From NCBI RefSeq assembly GCF_051893655.1, contig NZ_JBJFHN010000130.1:6762-70761 (forward strand): a stretch of 64,000 nucleotides of DNA, written 5' to 3'. The first letter of the stretch is position 1. Each line of letters starts with the position of its first letter. The stretch is from Porcipelethomonas sp. GTDB taxonomy: Bacteria > Bacillota > Clostridia > Oscillospirales > Ruminococcaceae. Below are positions 46,961 to 56,489 of this stretch, in pieces. The notes below the pieces were generated by a model. That model ran no database searches and was not told where the DNA came from. It saw nothing but the letters and a program-made list of their open reading frames with translations. The translations under genes and the position numbers were made by a program.

Positions 46961-47410
46961 ATGAACAAGGCAGAAAAAGCCAAGGATTTATTTAAGAAAG
47001 GGTATAACTGTTCTCAATCAGTTCTGGGGGCATTTGCTGAAGATCTGGGAATGGATTTTGACACAGCAATGAAACTTTCTTCATCATTTGGCGGAGGAAT
47101 GGGAAGAATGCGTGAAGTATGCGGAGCTGTAAGCGGAATGTTTATGGCGGCAGGTTTAAAATACGGTTATTGTTCTCCTGATGACAGAACCGGCAAAACT
47201 GAACATTACAAAAGAATTCAGGAACTTGCGGAAAAATTTAAAGAAAAGAATCATTATATCGTCTGCCGTCAGCTTCTGGGAATTGATGGAAATGATACAA
47301 GCCATGTTCCATCTGAAAGAACAGCAGAATATTATAAAAAACGTCCGTGTGCTGAATTGGTGGGAGATGCTGCGGAAATACTGGAAGAATATTTTAAAAA
47401 TAATGAGTGA
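46961..47410 (+). CDS. C-GCAxxG-C-C family redox protein
   Basis: GYNCSQSV, FGGGMG...CGAVSG, CRQL and C-terminal Cys. Confidence 0.88.
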   Translation: MNKAEKAKDLFKKGYNCSQSVLGAFAEDLGMDFDTAMKLSSSFGGGMGRMREVCGAVSGMFMAAGLKYGYCSPDDRTGKTEHYKRIQELAEKFKEKNHYIVCRQLLGIDGNDTSHVPSERTAEYYKKRPCAELVGDAAEILEEYFKNNE

Positions 47411-47500
47411 TTAGTTTTATCTTAAAACTATTTGACATTTTGCAGTAAATAATGCCTTGAATTTAAGTCGATTTCGGCAGAAAATACATACCCGAAAAGC

Positions 47501-47551
47501 TTGACAAAAAAATAACAATATGGTATAATGACATTGTTAAGAAATTAACAA
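47501..47551 (+). promoter_or_regulatory. adhE SigA promoter with Rex operator
   Basis: TTGACA, 17 bp spacer, TGn-TATAAT. Perfect palindrome TTGTTAA-GAAA-TTAACAA at 47534-47551. Confidence 0.85.
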
Positions 47552-47599
47552 TGCATAATGAAATAAAAAATTATTTTATATTTTCAGGAGGATTGCATT

Positions 47600-50248
47600 A
47601 TGGCTAAGAAAGAAGAAGCTCAGAAGACTGCTGAACAGCCTCAGATCGACCCGAAGGTAATGATAGACGGTCTGGTTGAAAAGGCTAAGGTTGCTCTTGA
47701 CGAGTACATGAAGCTTGACCAGGAACAGATTGACGCAATTACCAAGGCGGCAGCTCTTGCAGGTCTTTCCGCACAGATGGAACTTGCAAAAATGGCTGTT
47801 GATGAAACAGGCAGAGGTATTTTTGAAGATAAGGTTACAAAAAATATTTTTTCAACAGAATATATCTGGCACTCAATTAAGTATGAGAAGACAGTTGGCG
47901 TGATTGAAGACAACGTAGACGAAGGATACGTTGAAATCGGCGAACCTGTAGGTATCGTTGCCGGCGTTACACCAGTAACAAATCCTACATCAACAACAAT
48001 GTTTAAGGCAATCAGCTGCCTGAAAACCAGAAACCCGATTATTTTCGGATTCCATCCAAATGCACAGAAATGCTCTGTAAGAGCTGCTGAAATTATCAGA
48101 GATGCCGCTATTGCAGCCGGTGCTCCTGAAAATTGTATTCAGTGGATTGAACATCCTTCAATTGATGCTACAGGACTTCTTATGAATCACCCTGATGTAG
48201 CAACAATTCTCGCAACAGGCGGTCCGGGAATGGTTAAGGCTGCTTACTCAGCTGGTAAGCCGGCACTCGGCGTCGGTCCTGGCAACACACCTTGCTACAT
48301 TGAAAAAACTGCTAAACTGAAACAGGCTGTTAATGATCTTATTCTTTCAAAATCATTTGATAACGGTATGATATGTGCTTCAGAACAGGCTGCTATCATT
48401 GATACAGAAATTTATGATGAAGCAGTTGCATTCATGAAGGAACATGGCTGTTACTTTGCAAAGCCTGATGAAATCCAGAAGATTCAGGATGTTGTAATCA
48501 ATGTTGAAAAAATGGCGGTTCAGCCTTGGGTTGTCGGACAGTATCCATGGCAGATCGCTGAAAAGGCTGGTATCACAATCCCTAAGGAAACTAAGGTTCT
48601 TTGTGTTGAACTGGGCGGTACAAATGCTGAAAAATATCCTCTGGCACTTGAAAAGCTTTCACCTGTTCTTGCTGTTGTTAAGGCAGATACAACAGACCAT
48701 GCATTTGAAATGTGTGAGGAAATGTTAAAGCACGGCGCAGGTCATACAGCTGTTATTCATTCTTCTGATGACGCACTTATTGAAAAGTACGGCGAAACAA
48801 TGAAGGCAAGCCGTATAGTTGTTAACTCACCTGCATCATTCGGCGCTATCGGTGATGTTTATAATTCAATGGCTCCTTCACTGACACTTGGCTGCGGTTC
48901 TTACGGTAAAAACTCTGTATCAGAAAACGTTACAGTTAAGAATCTTATTAACAGAAAGAAAGTTGCTAAGAGGAGATTGAATATGCAGTGGTTTAAGGTT
49001 CCAGAAAAGATTTATTTTGAACCAGGCTCAGTTCAGTATCTTGCAAAGATGCCTGACATTCACAGAGCTATGGTTGTTGCTGACCCTGGTATGATTCAGT
49101 TCGGATATATTGACAGAGTAACATATCAGCTCAATAAAAATGCTAACAAGCCTACAATTGAAATCTTCAGTGAGGTTGAACCGGATCCGGATCTTACAAC
49201 AGTACGTAAGGGCGTTGACGTTATGAATTCATTCCAGCCTGACGTTATTATTGCTCTCGGCGGCGGTTCTGCAATGGATGCTGCTAAGGCTATGTGGCTG
49301 TTCTATGAAAATCCGGATGCTGACTTTATCGGCATGGCTCAGAAGTTTATGGATATCCGTAAGAGAGTTTACAAGTTCCCGAAGATGGGTAAAAAAGCTA
49401 AGATGGTTTCAATTCCTACAACTTCCGGTACAGGTTCAGAAGTTACTTCTTTTGCTGTTATTTCAGACAAAAGCAAGAACATGAAGTATCCTCTCGCTGA
49501 CTATGAGCTGACACCTGATGTAGCTATCATTGATCCTGAATTTGTATATACAGTTCCTAAGGCATCTACAGCATTTACAGGTCTTGACGTTCTGACACAT
49601 GCAATTGAAGCTTATGTTTCAGTTCTTGCAAATGATTATACAGACGCTCTGGCACTTCACGCAATTAAGCTTGTATTCAAATATCTCCCAAGCTCATATC
49701 ATAATGCTGATGAGCTTTCAAGAGAAAAAATGCACAATGCTTCCTGTATCGCAGGTATGGCATTTACAAATGCGTTCCTGGGTGTTAACCACTCACTGGC
49801 TCACAAGCTCGGCGGTGAATTCCATATTCCTCATGGTCTTGCAAATGCTTATCTGCTGCCGCATGTTATTGAATACAATGGTGAACCTACACCTACAAAA
49901 TTTGCTGCATGGCCAAAATATGACCATTATATTGCTCCTGAACGTTACGCTGAAATCGCAAAAATGATGGGCTTTGTACCTCAGAATGCAACAGCTCAGG
50001 AAGGTGTAAAGGCTTTGGCTGATGCTGTTAGAAAACTTATGACAGAAGTAAATATTCCTCTTACAATTAAGGAAGCAGGAGAAAAGGACAGCAGATCCTA
50101 TATTGATCCTAAGACTTATGAAAATGCTCTTGATGATCTGGCATATAAGGCATTTAATGACCAGTGTACAACTGCTAACCCACGTCTGCCTAGAATTGAA
50201 GAACTCAAGAAGCTTTACAGACTTGCATATTACGGCAAAGAACAGTAA
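47600..50248 (+). CDS. adhE: Bifunctional acetaldehyde-CoA/alcohol dehydrogenase
   Basis: ALDH half PVTNPTST, ATGG, FDNGMICASEQ; linker SLTLGCGSYG; Fe-ADH half GGGS.MDAAK, HSLAH, PHG. Confidence 0.96.
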   Translation: MAKKEEAQKTAEQPQIDPKVMIDGLVEKAKVALDEYMKLDQEQIDAITKAAALAGLSAQMELAKMAVDETGRGIFEDKVTKNIFSTEYIWHSIKYEKTVGVIEDNVDEGYVEIGEPVGIVAGVTPVTNPTSTTMFKAISCLKTRNPIIFGFHPNAQKCSVRAAEIIRDAAIAAGAPENCIQWIEHPSIDATGLLMNHPDVATILATGGPGMVKAAYSAGKPALGVGPGNTPCYIEKTAKLKQAVNDLILSKSFDNGMICASEQAAIIDTEIYDEAVAFMKEHGCYFAKPDEIQKIQDVVINVEKMAVQPWVVGQYPWQIAEKAGITIPKETKVLCVELGGTNAEKYPLALEKLSPVLAVVKADTTDHAFEMCEEMLKHGAGHTAVIHSSDDALIEKYGETMKASRIVVNSPASFGAIGDVYNSMAPSLTLGCGSYGKNSVSENVTVKNLINRKKVAKRRLNMQWFKVPEKIYFEPGSVQYLAKMPDIHRAMVVADPGMIQFGYIDRVTYQLNKNANKPTIEIFSEVEPDPDLTTVRKGVDVMNSFQPDVIIALGGGSAMDAAKAMWLFYENPDADFIGMAQKFMDIRKRVYKFPKMGKKAKMVSIPTTSGTGSEVTSFAVISDKSKNMKYPLADYELTPDVAIIDPEFVYTVPKASTAFTGLDVLTHAIEAYVSVLANDYTDALALHAIKLVFKYLPSSYHNADELSREKMHNASCIAGMAFTNAFLGVNHSLAHKLGGEFHIPHGLANAYLLPHVIEYNGEPTPTKFAAWPKYDHYIAPERYAEIAKMMGFVPQNATAQEGVKALADAVRKLMTEVNIPLTIKEAGEKDSRSYIDPKTYENALDDLAYKAFNDQCTTANPRLPRIEELKKLYRLAYYGKEQ

Positions 50249-50269
50249 TTTATAATATATTTTTGATGA

Positions 50270-50304
50270 TAAGGCACTTTGTTTTTACAAGGTGCCTTAG
50301 CTTT
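50270..50304 (+). terminator. Intrinsic terminator after adhE
   Basis: TAAGGCACTTTGT / ACAAGGTGCCTTA. Confidence 0.7.
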
Positions 50305-50419
50305 ATAATTTGCGTAGCTATTCATTTTACAAATTCAATTAAATTATAAAAAAATTAAAAAAAATTTTGTGATATTTATAGATTTTTTTAAAAAATTATA
50401 AAATAAATTTTAAAAACTA

Positions 50420-50448
50420 TAGACAAAATTTAAAAAATGTTGTATAGT
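50420..50448 (+). promoter_or_regulatory. Probable SigA promoter of the pilus operon
   Basis: TAGACA, 17 bp spacer, TATAGT. Confidence 0.55.
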
Positions 50449-50589
50449 AATAATAGGAATAATTTTTATTTATGGTTGGCGAAATCTGTATTGTTTTAGT
50501 ACAAATTGTCACAAAAAATTCGCCGAATGAATGCGGAATATATGGAATATATATAACAATGCCATATTTCTTGAAAAGGAGAATCCCCC

Positions 50590-51144
50590 ATGACGGACAA
50601 AGAACTTCAGAAGCTCAGACGTCCTGAACTTCTTGAAATAATGCTTAATCTTAAATCGGATCTGGATAAAGAAAAGGAAGAAAATCAAAAGCTCAAAAAA
50701 CAGCTTAACGAAAAATCAATTGCCTTGGATAAGTCCGGAAATATTGCGGAAGCAGCACTGGAACTCAACGGCGTTTTCAAGGCTGCGCAGGAGGCGGCAG
50801 ATGTATATCTTAACAATATAAAAAAAATGCACAGTGATCAGGAAACTATTTATAATGATACTATCTCCAAAGCAAAGCAGGAAGCCGCAGATATTATTGC
50901 ACAGGCTCAGAAAGAAGCTTATGATCTGAAAAATAAAACTGAAATTGAATGCCGCGGCAAACGTGCGATGACAGATGATGAATGCAGCAGAAAGATTAGT
51001 GAAACAAATATTCAATGTCAGAATAAAATAAAGGAAATCAAGGAAAAATGTACTGCAATTTCGTCTCTTGACAGCCACATTGCTTCGTTCTTTAATGACA
51101 GTATTATTAAAGAAATATCTGAACAGGAAAAAAATCCGGTTTGA
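50590..51144 (+). CDS. Uncharacterised cytoplasmic coiled-coil (DivIVA-like) protein heading the pilus operon
   Basis: MTDKELQKLRRPELLEIM..., SGNIAEAALELNGVFKAAQEAA..Y, AKQEAADIIAQAQKEA heptads; no TM. Confidence 0.7.
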   Translation: MTDKELQKLRRPELLEIMLNLKSDLDKEKEENQKLKKQLNEKSIALDKSGNIAEAALELNGVFKAAQEAADVYLNNIKKMHSDQETIYNDTISKAKQEAADIIAQAQKEAYDLKNKTEIECRGKRAMTDDECSRKISETNIQCQNKIKEIKEKCTAISSLDSHIASFFNDSIIKEISEQEKNPV

Positions 51145-51168
51145 ACAGCTAGAAGTGAGGCACTTGAA

Positions 51169-51753
51169 ATGTCAGATAAACTTAATGATAGTACCCCTTC
51201 TGCAAGCCAGATTCAGGCGGAACTGAAAAGAATCCGTCATAAAAGGGAATACGGAAGAATGCTCAGAGGAACTGTTTTTACTCTCGTAGCTGTGGCAGCA
51301 GCAGCAGTTCTTATTTCAACCCTTTTTCTTCCGGTTCTGAGAGTTACAGGATCAAGCATGGAAACTACATTATACGGAAGCGATCTTGTACTTTGCAGAA
51401 AGGGAAGCAGTTTTGAAACCGGCGATATTGTGGCTTTCTATTTTAATAATAAAATACTTCTTAAACGTGTTATAGGAACATCGGGAGATGTAATTGATAT
51501 TTCCGATGACGGAACGGTGAGTGTAAACGGAAAGGAAATAGACGAACCGTATTTAACTGACAAGGCACTGGGTGAATGTGATATAGAATTGCCTTATCAG
51601 GTACCTGAAAACAGAATATTTGTAATGGGCGATCATCGTTCCACTTCTATTGACAGCCGATCATCTGTTGTAGGATGTATAGCAGATGAGTATATTGTGG
51701 GAAAAGTAATTTTCCGTGTATGGCCATTTGAAAGGTTTGGCGTGATAAAATAA
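51169..51753 (+). CDS. lepB: Signal peptidase I, pilus-associated
   Basis: One TM; catalytic Ser in VTGSSME and Lys in LKRVIG; FVMGDHR..SIDSR. Confidence 0.92.
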   Translation: MSDKLNDSTPSASQIQAELKRIRHKREYGRMLRGTVFTLVAVAAAAVLISTLFLPVLRVTGSSMETTLYGSDLVLCRKGSSFETGDIVAFYFNNKILLKRVIGTSGDVIDISDDGTVSVNGKEIDEPYLTDKALGECDIELPYQVPENRIFVMGDHRSTSIDSRSSVVGCIADEYIVGKVIFRVWPFERFGVIK

Positions 51754-51770
51754 GAAAGGGGGAATGAGGT

Positions 51771-54700
51771 ATGCAAAACATCAATAATATAGTACAGAAT
51801 TTTTTACATAAGCATAAGAATGATCAGCGTTATTTATTTGTATTGATTCTCCTTTCTGTAATGGTTATTGCAATTGTTTGTTCCAGTCTTATTACTCCTG
51901 CGGTCAGTATGACAGGGGAACTTGTCTGTCAGAAGGAACAGCATACTCATAGTGAAGATTGTTATGCCGAAACTCTTATTTGCACTGAAGACACGGAAGG
52001 TCACCAGCATAGTGAAGACTGTTATACTACAGAAACAAAGCTTGTCTGCGGTCTGGAAGAAGATGAAAATCATACTCATTCAGACGAATGCTATACTACT
52101 GAAACAGTTCTGAATTGCGATATACCGGAAAAAGAACCTCATACGCATACGGCCGAATGTTATGAAAGAGAACTTATATGCGGCAAGGAAGAACATACGC
52201 ATACCGATGAATGCTATAAATCCCCTCCAGCGGAAACTGAAAGTACAAAAGAAGCAGAAGAAGAAACTCAGACAGATGAAAATCCGGAAGAAACAGAAAA
52301 AAATGAACCGGAAGTAATTATAATTGATCCTATTGACGCAGAACGTGACACGCTTTTAAATTCAGTTAAAGTCAAAACTTTTAAATCAAGGAATACTTAT
52401 TCAGTTAACGGTAATGTTACAGTCATAGATGAAATCAGCGTGGATTTCGGCAACTTTATAAAAAGTGTTACACATAAAGAGGTCGCCGGAGCTTCAAGTC
52501 AGACAAATGTTAAAACTGTAAAATTTACTATTAACTATAATCTGCCGGAAAATACTCTTATGAACAACAGTACTAACAGACAGATTCACTGTCTGCTTCC
52601 TGACAATGTTGTTATTACTGAAGAAAAATCCGGTATCGTAAGAAAAGAAGGTCAGGAAATCGGTACATACAAAATTACTGACGACGGATATATTATTATC
52701 GATTTTGACCAGAACTTTGTTAAAGACGGAAGTGCATCAATTTCCGGTGACATCTCATTTAATGCAGATGTTTACAAGACAGATGAGAACAGTAACTATG
52801 AAACAGTTACTATCGGAAGAGTTTCTGATAATATTCCGTTTCTTCAGGAAACTGCTCCATCAAATGATTTGTCAGTAAACAAGTTATACAATGGATATGA
52901 CAGAAGTACAAAAAAGGTCTCTTATACAGTTGAAATAAAAAGCTATAATGGCAGCGGTGATGGAAATATCACTGTTACAGACAGTTTTCCTTCATACATT
53001 AACAGAAGCCTTATTCATCTTGACTGGAATGATGGTGATACAGCTGTTTTCACAAAAACAGCTTCTGATGGAAGTACTTCTGAAGTAAGCGGAACTGTCA
53101 GCGTCGCAGATGACGGAACAGTTACTATAACAGGTCTTCCGGCACTGGGAACAAATGAATCCTATTCGATTGATTACACCGCCAGTCTGACTCCGGGTAC
53201 TCAGGATACACTTATCAAAGCTGATAACAGTATTTCTGTATCAAACGGAACACTGACTGATGAAAAAACCTGCTATGCCGAAGCAGCAGTAAACTGCGGT
53301 ATTACTAAAGAAGGCAAGTATAATGACAGGTCTGATATGGTTGAATGGACAATTAGTGTTACCAATCCTTTCGGGGATGCTCTTGACGGATATTCCATAT
53401 CAGATGATATGCTGGGAATTACGGTAAATGGTCTGAAAATCAAAGACTCAAACGGCAATATTATCGAAACACTGGATGACTCTAATAACTGGTCGGGTAC
53501 AACCGGAAGTCTTGATAAAAGTACTAATACTTTTTCATTCAGTGCTTCATCAAACGGAGCTAAATATACTTTGGTTTATGAAACAAAGCTGCCGGATCGA
53601 AGCGCTATTGCTGATAATACTGTAAGCAATAAGGCTGTTCTGAAAAACGGAGACACAGAAATAAATGCTCCTCAGGCAAATGCAAGTATATGGGCAGATC
53701 GCCAGTATGTTAACAAAAGTTGCCGATCTTCTTCATACGATGCATCGGGGAATGTTATAATTGACTGGCTTGCAAAGCTTGAATTTCAGACCGGTGACTT
53801 TAATGGTCAGACTTATAATGATACAATGACTGCTGACAGCAATTATCATTACATGACATCTCAGCAGAAGGATGCTTTAAATCTCGTTGGCTACAAATCT
53901 GATTACTCTATGGTAAATCTTGAGAAGGACACCGATTATACAATTAAATGGTATGATGTAAATGGCAATGAGATTGCAAATGATACAGATGACATTTATT
54001 CATTTGAAATAGTATTTGCGGATACTGATAAAATCAGCGAGCTTTGTGATATCTATATTTATTACTCGGCTATGGGCATCACAGAAAACATGACCGAGGG
54101 CAGTGAAAGACTATTTTCAAATAAGGCTGAATTTGCAGGTATTGAATCAACTGCTCAGTACAGGGAATATAAAAAAGAACCATTCAGCAAATTTGATTGC
54201 AGTATATCAAATCAGATTTCAAGCAGTAATGAAACATATCACAATACAAATGACCTTGAAAAAGATGAAAATGGTAATATAATTCTGAAATGGTATATTG
54301 ATGTAAATGAAAGCCATTATTTCCTTGCAGATACTGATGCTGTTATGACTGACATTCTTCCAGCCGGTACAGTTTTAAATGAAAGATCTGTCCGGTACGG
54401 AGACTGGAGTACAGGAAATTATAGTCTTGTTGAAAACAGTACAATGACTTATACAATTTCTGAAAATGAAAACGGTCAGCAGATTGTTGAATTTACTGTT
54501 CCGGGTTCACTGCATAACGGAAACAAATTCAGAATTGATTATTCAGTTACTGTTTCAGAAGAATATATGAAGCAGAATAAAGATGCAAGAGGACGCACTT
54601 CATTTAAGAATACTATTACTGACGGAATTTATACTTCAGAACAAACACAGGTTTTAGAGCGTTCTTTGATTACAAAGACAGGTTCTGATCCAAGTGACAG

Positions 54701-56456
54701 CTATGACGGATATATCAACTATTCAATTGATGTTAATCCTAAGGCGGAACTTCTTTCAAATAATGGTAAAATTACTGTAAGCGATAAGATTAATTATCAG
54801 TATAATGCTTTTGTTCCTACATTAGTAGAAGTAAAAATATACAGTGTGGAAACTGACAGCAATGGTATTGAACAGCTCACAGAGCTTGATCCGTCAAAAT
54901 ATAATTTAAGCTATGCAAATGATGGTATTGATGCAACATTCAAAGTTGAACTTCCGGATAAAACTCATCTGAAAATTCATTACAGATATCATTGTGTTTA
55001 CAAAAATCCTGAATGGTTTGAACCTAATGACAACGGTGTTGACATTTACAATTCAGCTGTTCTGGAATTTGACAGCAGCAGCCAGAATGCTTCATATACT
55101 GACAGATATTATCTGAACAATGAAAGTGCAGCACATGCTATTGCAGATGACTATCTGAAAATTGAAAAGGTTGATGCAGACAACTATGGTGTAAAGCTTT
55201 CAGGTGCTGAATTTTCACTTTACAAGTGGGACGGCACTCAATGGCTGGTAATGACAAATATAACAAGTGCTGATGACGGAAGCAAGATTCCGGAATGGAG
55301 TGCTGAAACCACAGGTGGTTCAGAAGGGGAACAGACTGCAGCTTATAATATTTCTACAGGAAGTGACGGAAAGGCAATGCTTCCGGAAGTTGAAGACGGG
55401 GTACTTTATAAAATAGTTGAGGCTAATGCTCCGACCGATTATATCAAATCAATAATTCCTCATTATTTTGCAGAAAACAGCTGCCCGACTTCTTTGCCGT
55501 CAGATGTTAAAACTGCAGATGTGAAAGTTCTCTTAAAAGGTGGAATTATTACAATCACAAATGAAAAGATGCAGAAAACAGAAATAGAAGTTCAGAAATT
55601 CTGGCACGATCCTCCGGGATTTTCCGGTATTCATGATCCTGTTGAGGTTGAGCTGTTTCAGTCTAAAAAAGATCCGTCTGGTAAGATTGATGGTCCGGAA
55701 ATTATATTTAATTTTCATGATAATCAAGATAATCATATTACCAGATCATTCACAGTTCAACGTGGTGCAGATTTAGTAATTGATATTCGAACATTTATGT
55801 CATGGTATAAATCCTATCCAACAATTTATCTTACTAAAAATGGAACGACTGAAGAAGTTAATATTTTCAACAATAATGTGGATGGATTCTCATGGAATGC
55901 AAATGCAAATTGGTCATGGTTTACGGAGCGTCCTGATGGATGGCAATATATTGAAGAAGATTATTCAACATATATTTTAGGGTTCAGTAATGTAACAACT
56001 GATATGATATGGGATATAACCTTCGATTATGCACGTGAAATATCTGATTATGCTGTATTTATCGGAAATGAGGAAATGGGTGTTCCTATAACCGGTATCC
56101 CGGATGATGCTGTTTCAGTTGGCACTGCATTATTAACAAACGATAACAGCTGGTCATATAAGTGGGATAATATTCCTGCAACTGATGAATTCGGATATAA
56201 TTACTATTATTATGTCAGAGAGAATACAACAGTTACAAGCTATACCCCAAGCTATGATAATAACGGAGCAAACAATGGCATCATTTATATTACAAACAGA
56301 GGCGAAGGATATACAAATGAAATGCCTGAAACAGGAGGAACCGGAAATAAACATATTATAATTATCGGTGTAATATTAATTTCAGGTTCATCTGCATTTT
56401 ACCTCCTCAGTAAGCGGCGCAGAAGACGTAAGGAACGTTTTAAATCACGCTGTTAA
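51771..56456 (+). CDS. Large pilus tip adhesin / ancillary pilin (His-Cys repeats, tandem CnaA-like domains, SpaA and Cna-B domains, MPETG anchor)
   Basis: Signal-like TM, five HxH-x3-CY repeats, repeated K...D...N Ig-like units, KVDADN...LSGAEFSLY, E-box YKIVEANAP, MPETGG plus TM plus KRRRRRK. Confidence 0.85.
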   Translation: MQNINNIVQNFLHKHKNDQRYLFVLILLSVMVIAIVCSSLITPAVSMTGELVCQKEQHTHSEDCYAETLICTEDTEGHQHSEDCYTTETKLVCGLEEDENHTHSDECYTTETVLNCDIPEKEPHTHTAECYERELICGKEEHTHTDECYKSPPAETESTKEAEEETQTDENPEETEKNEPEVIIIDPIDAERDTLLNSVKVKTFKSRNTYSVNGNVTVIDEISVDFGNFIKSVTHKEVAGASSQTNVKTVKFTINYNLPENTLMNNSTNRQIHCLLPDNVVITEEKSGIVRKEGQEIGTYKITDDGYIIIDFDQNFVKDGSASISGDISFNADVYKTDENSNYETVTIGRVSDNIPFLQETAPSNDLSVNKLYNGYDRSTKKVSYTVEIKSYNGSGDGNITVTDSFPSYINRSLIHLDWNDGDTAVFTKTASDGSTSEVSGTVSVADDGTVTITGLPALGTNESYSIDYTASLTPGTQDTLIKADNSISVSNGTLTDEKTCYAEAAVNCGITKEGKYNDRSDMVEWTISVTNPFGDALDGYSISDDMLGITVNGLKIKDSNGNIIETLDDSNNWSGTTGSLDKSTNTFSFSASSNGAKYTLVYETKLPDRSAIADNTVSNKAVLKNGDTEINAPQANASIWADRQYVNKSCRSSSYDASGNVIIDWLAKLEFQTGDFNGQTYNDTMTADSNYHYMTSQQKDALNLVGYKSDYSMVNLEKDTDYTIKWYDVNGNEIANDTDDIYSFEIVFADTDKISELCDIYIYYSAMGITENMTEGSERLFSNKAEFAGIESTAQYREYKKEPFSKFDCSISNQISSSNETYHNTNDLEKDENGNIILKWYIDVNESHYFLADTDAVMTDILPAGTVLNERSVRYGDWSTGNYSLVENSTMTYTISENENGQQIVEFTVPGSLHNGNKFRIDYSVTVSEEYMKQNKDARGRTSFKNTITDGIYTSEQTQVLERSLITKTGSDPSDSYDGYINYSIDVNPKAELLSNNGKITVSDKINYQYNAFVPTLVEVKIYSVETDSNGIEQLTELDPSKYNLSYANDGIDATFKVELPDKTHLKIHYRYHCVYKNPEWFEPNDNGVDIYNSAVLEFDSSSQNASYTDRYYLNNESAAHAIADDYLKIEKVDADNYGVKLSGAEFSLYKWDGTQWLVMTNITSADDGSKIPEWSAETTGGSEGEQTAAYNISTGSDGKAMLPEVEDGVLYKIVEANAPTDYIKSIIPHYFAENSCPTSLPSDVKTADVKVLLKGGIITITNEKMQKTEIEVQKFWHDPPGFSGIHDPVEVELFQSKKDPSGKIDGPEIIFNFHDNQDNHITRSFTVQRGADLVIDIRTFMSWYKSYPTIYLTKNGTTEEVNIFNNNVDGFSWNANANWSWFTERPDGWQYIEEDYSTYILGFSNVTTDMIWDITFDYAREISDYAVFIGNEEMGVPITGIPDDAVSVGTALLTNDNSWSYKWDNIPATDEFGYNYYYYVRENTTVTSYTPSYDNNGANNGIIYITNRGEGYTNEMPETGGTGNKHIIIIGVILISGSSAFYLLSKRRRRRKERFKSRC

Positions 56457-56489
56457 AATAAAATTTTTAAATGGAAAGGAAATGATTTT

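Noticed and set aside
51921-52217. Repeated DNA in the adhesin 5' region as a CRISPR array or DGR repeat pair
   Set aside because: The repeats are degenerate, in-frame protein repeats; no cas or reverse transcriptase gene is in the window.
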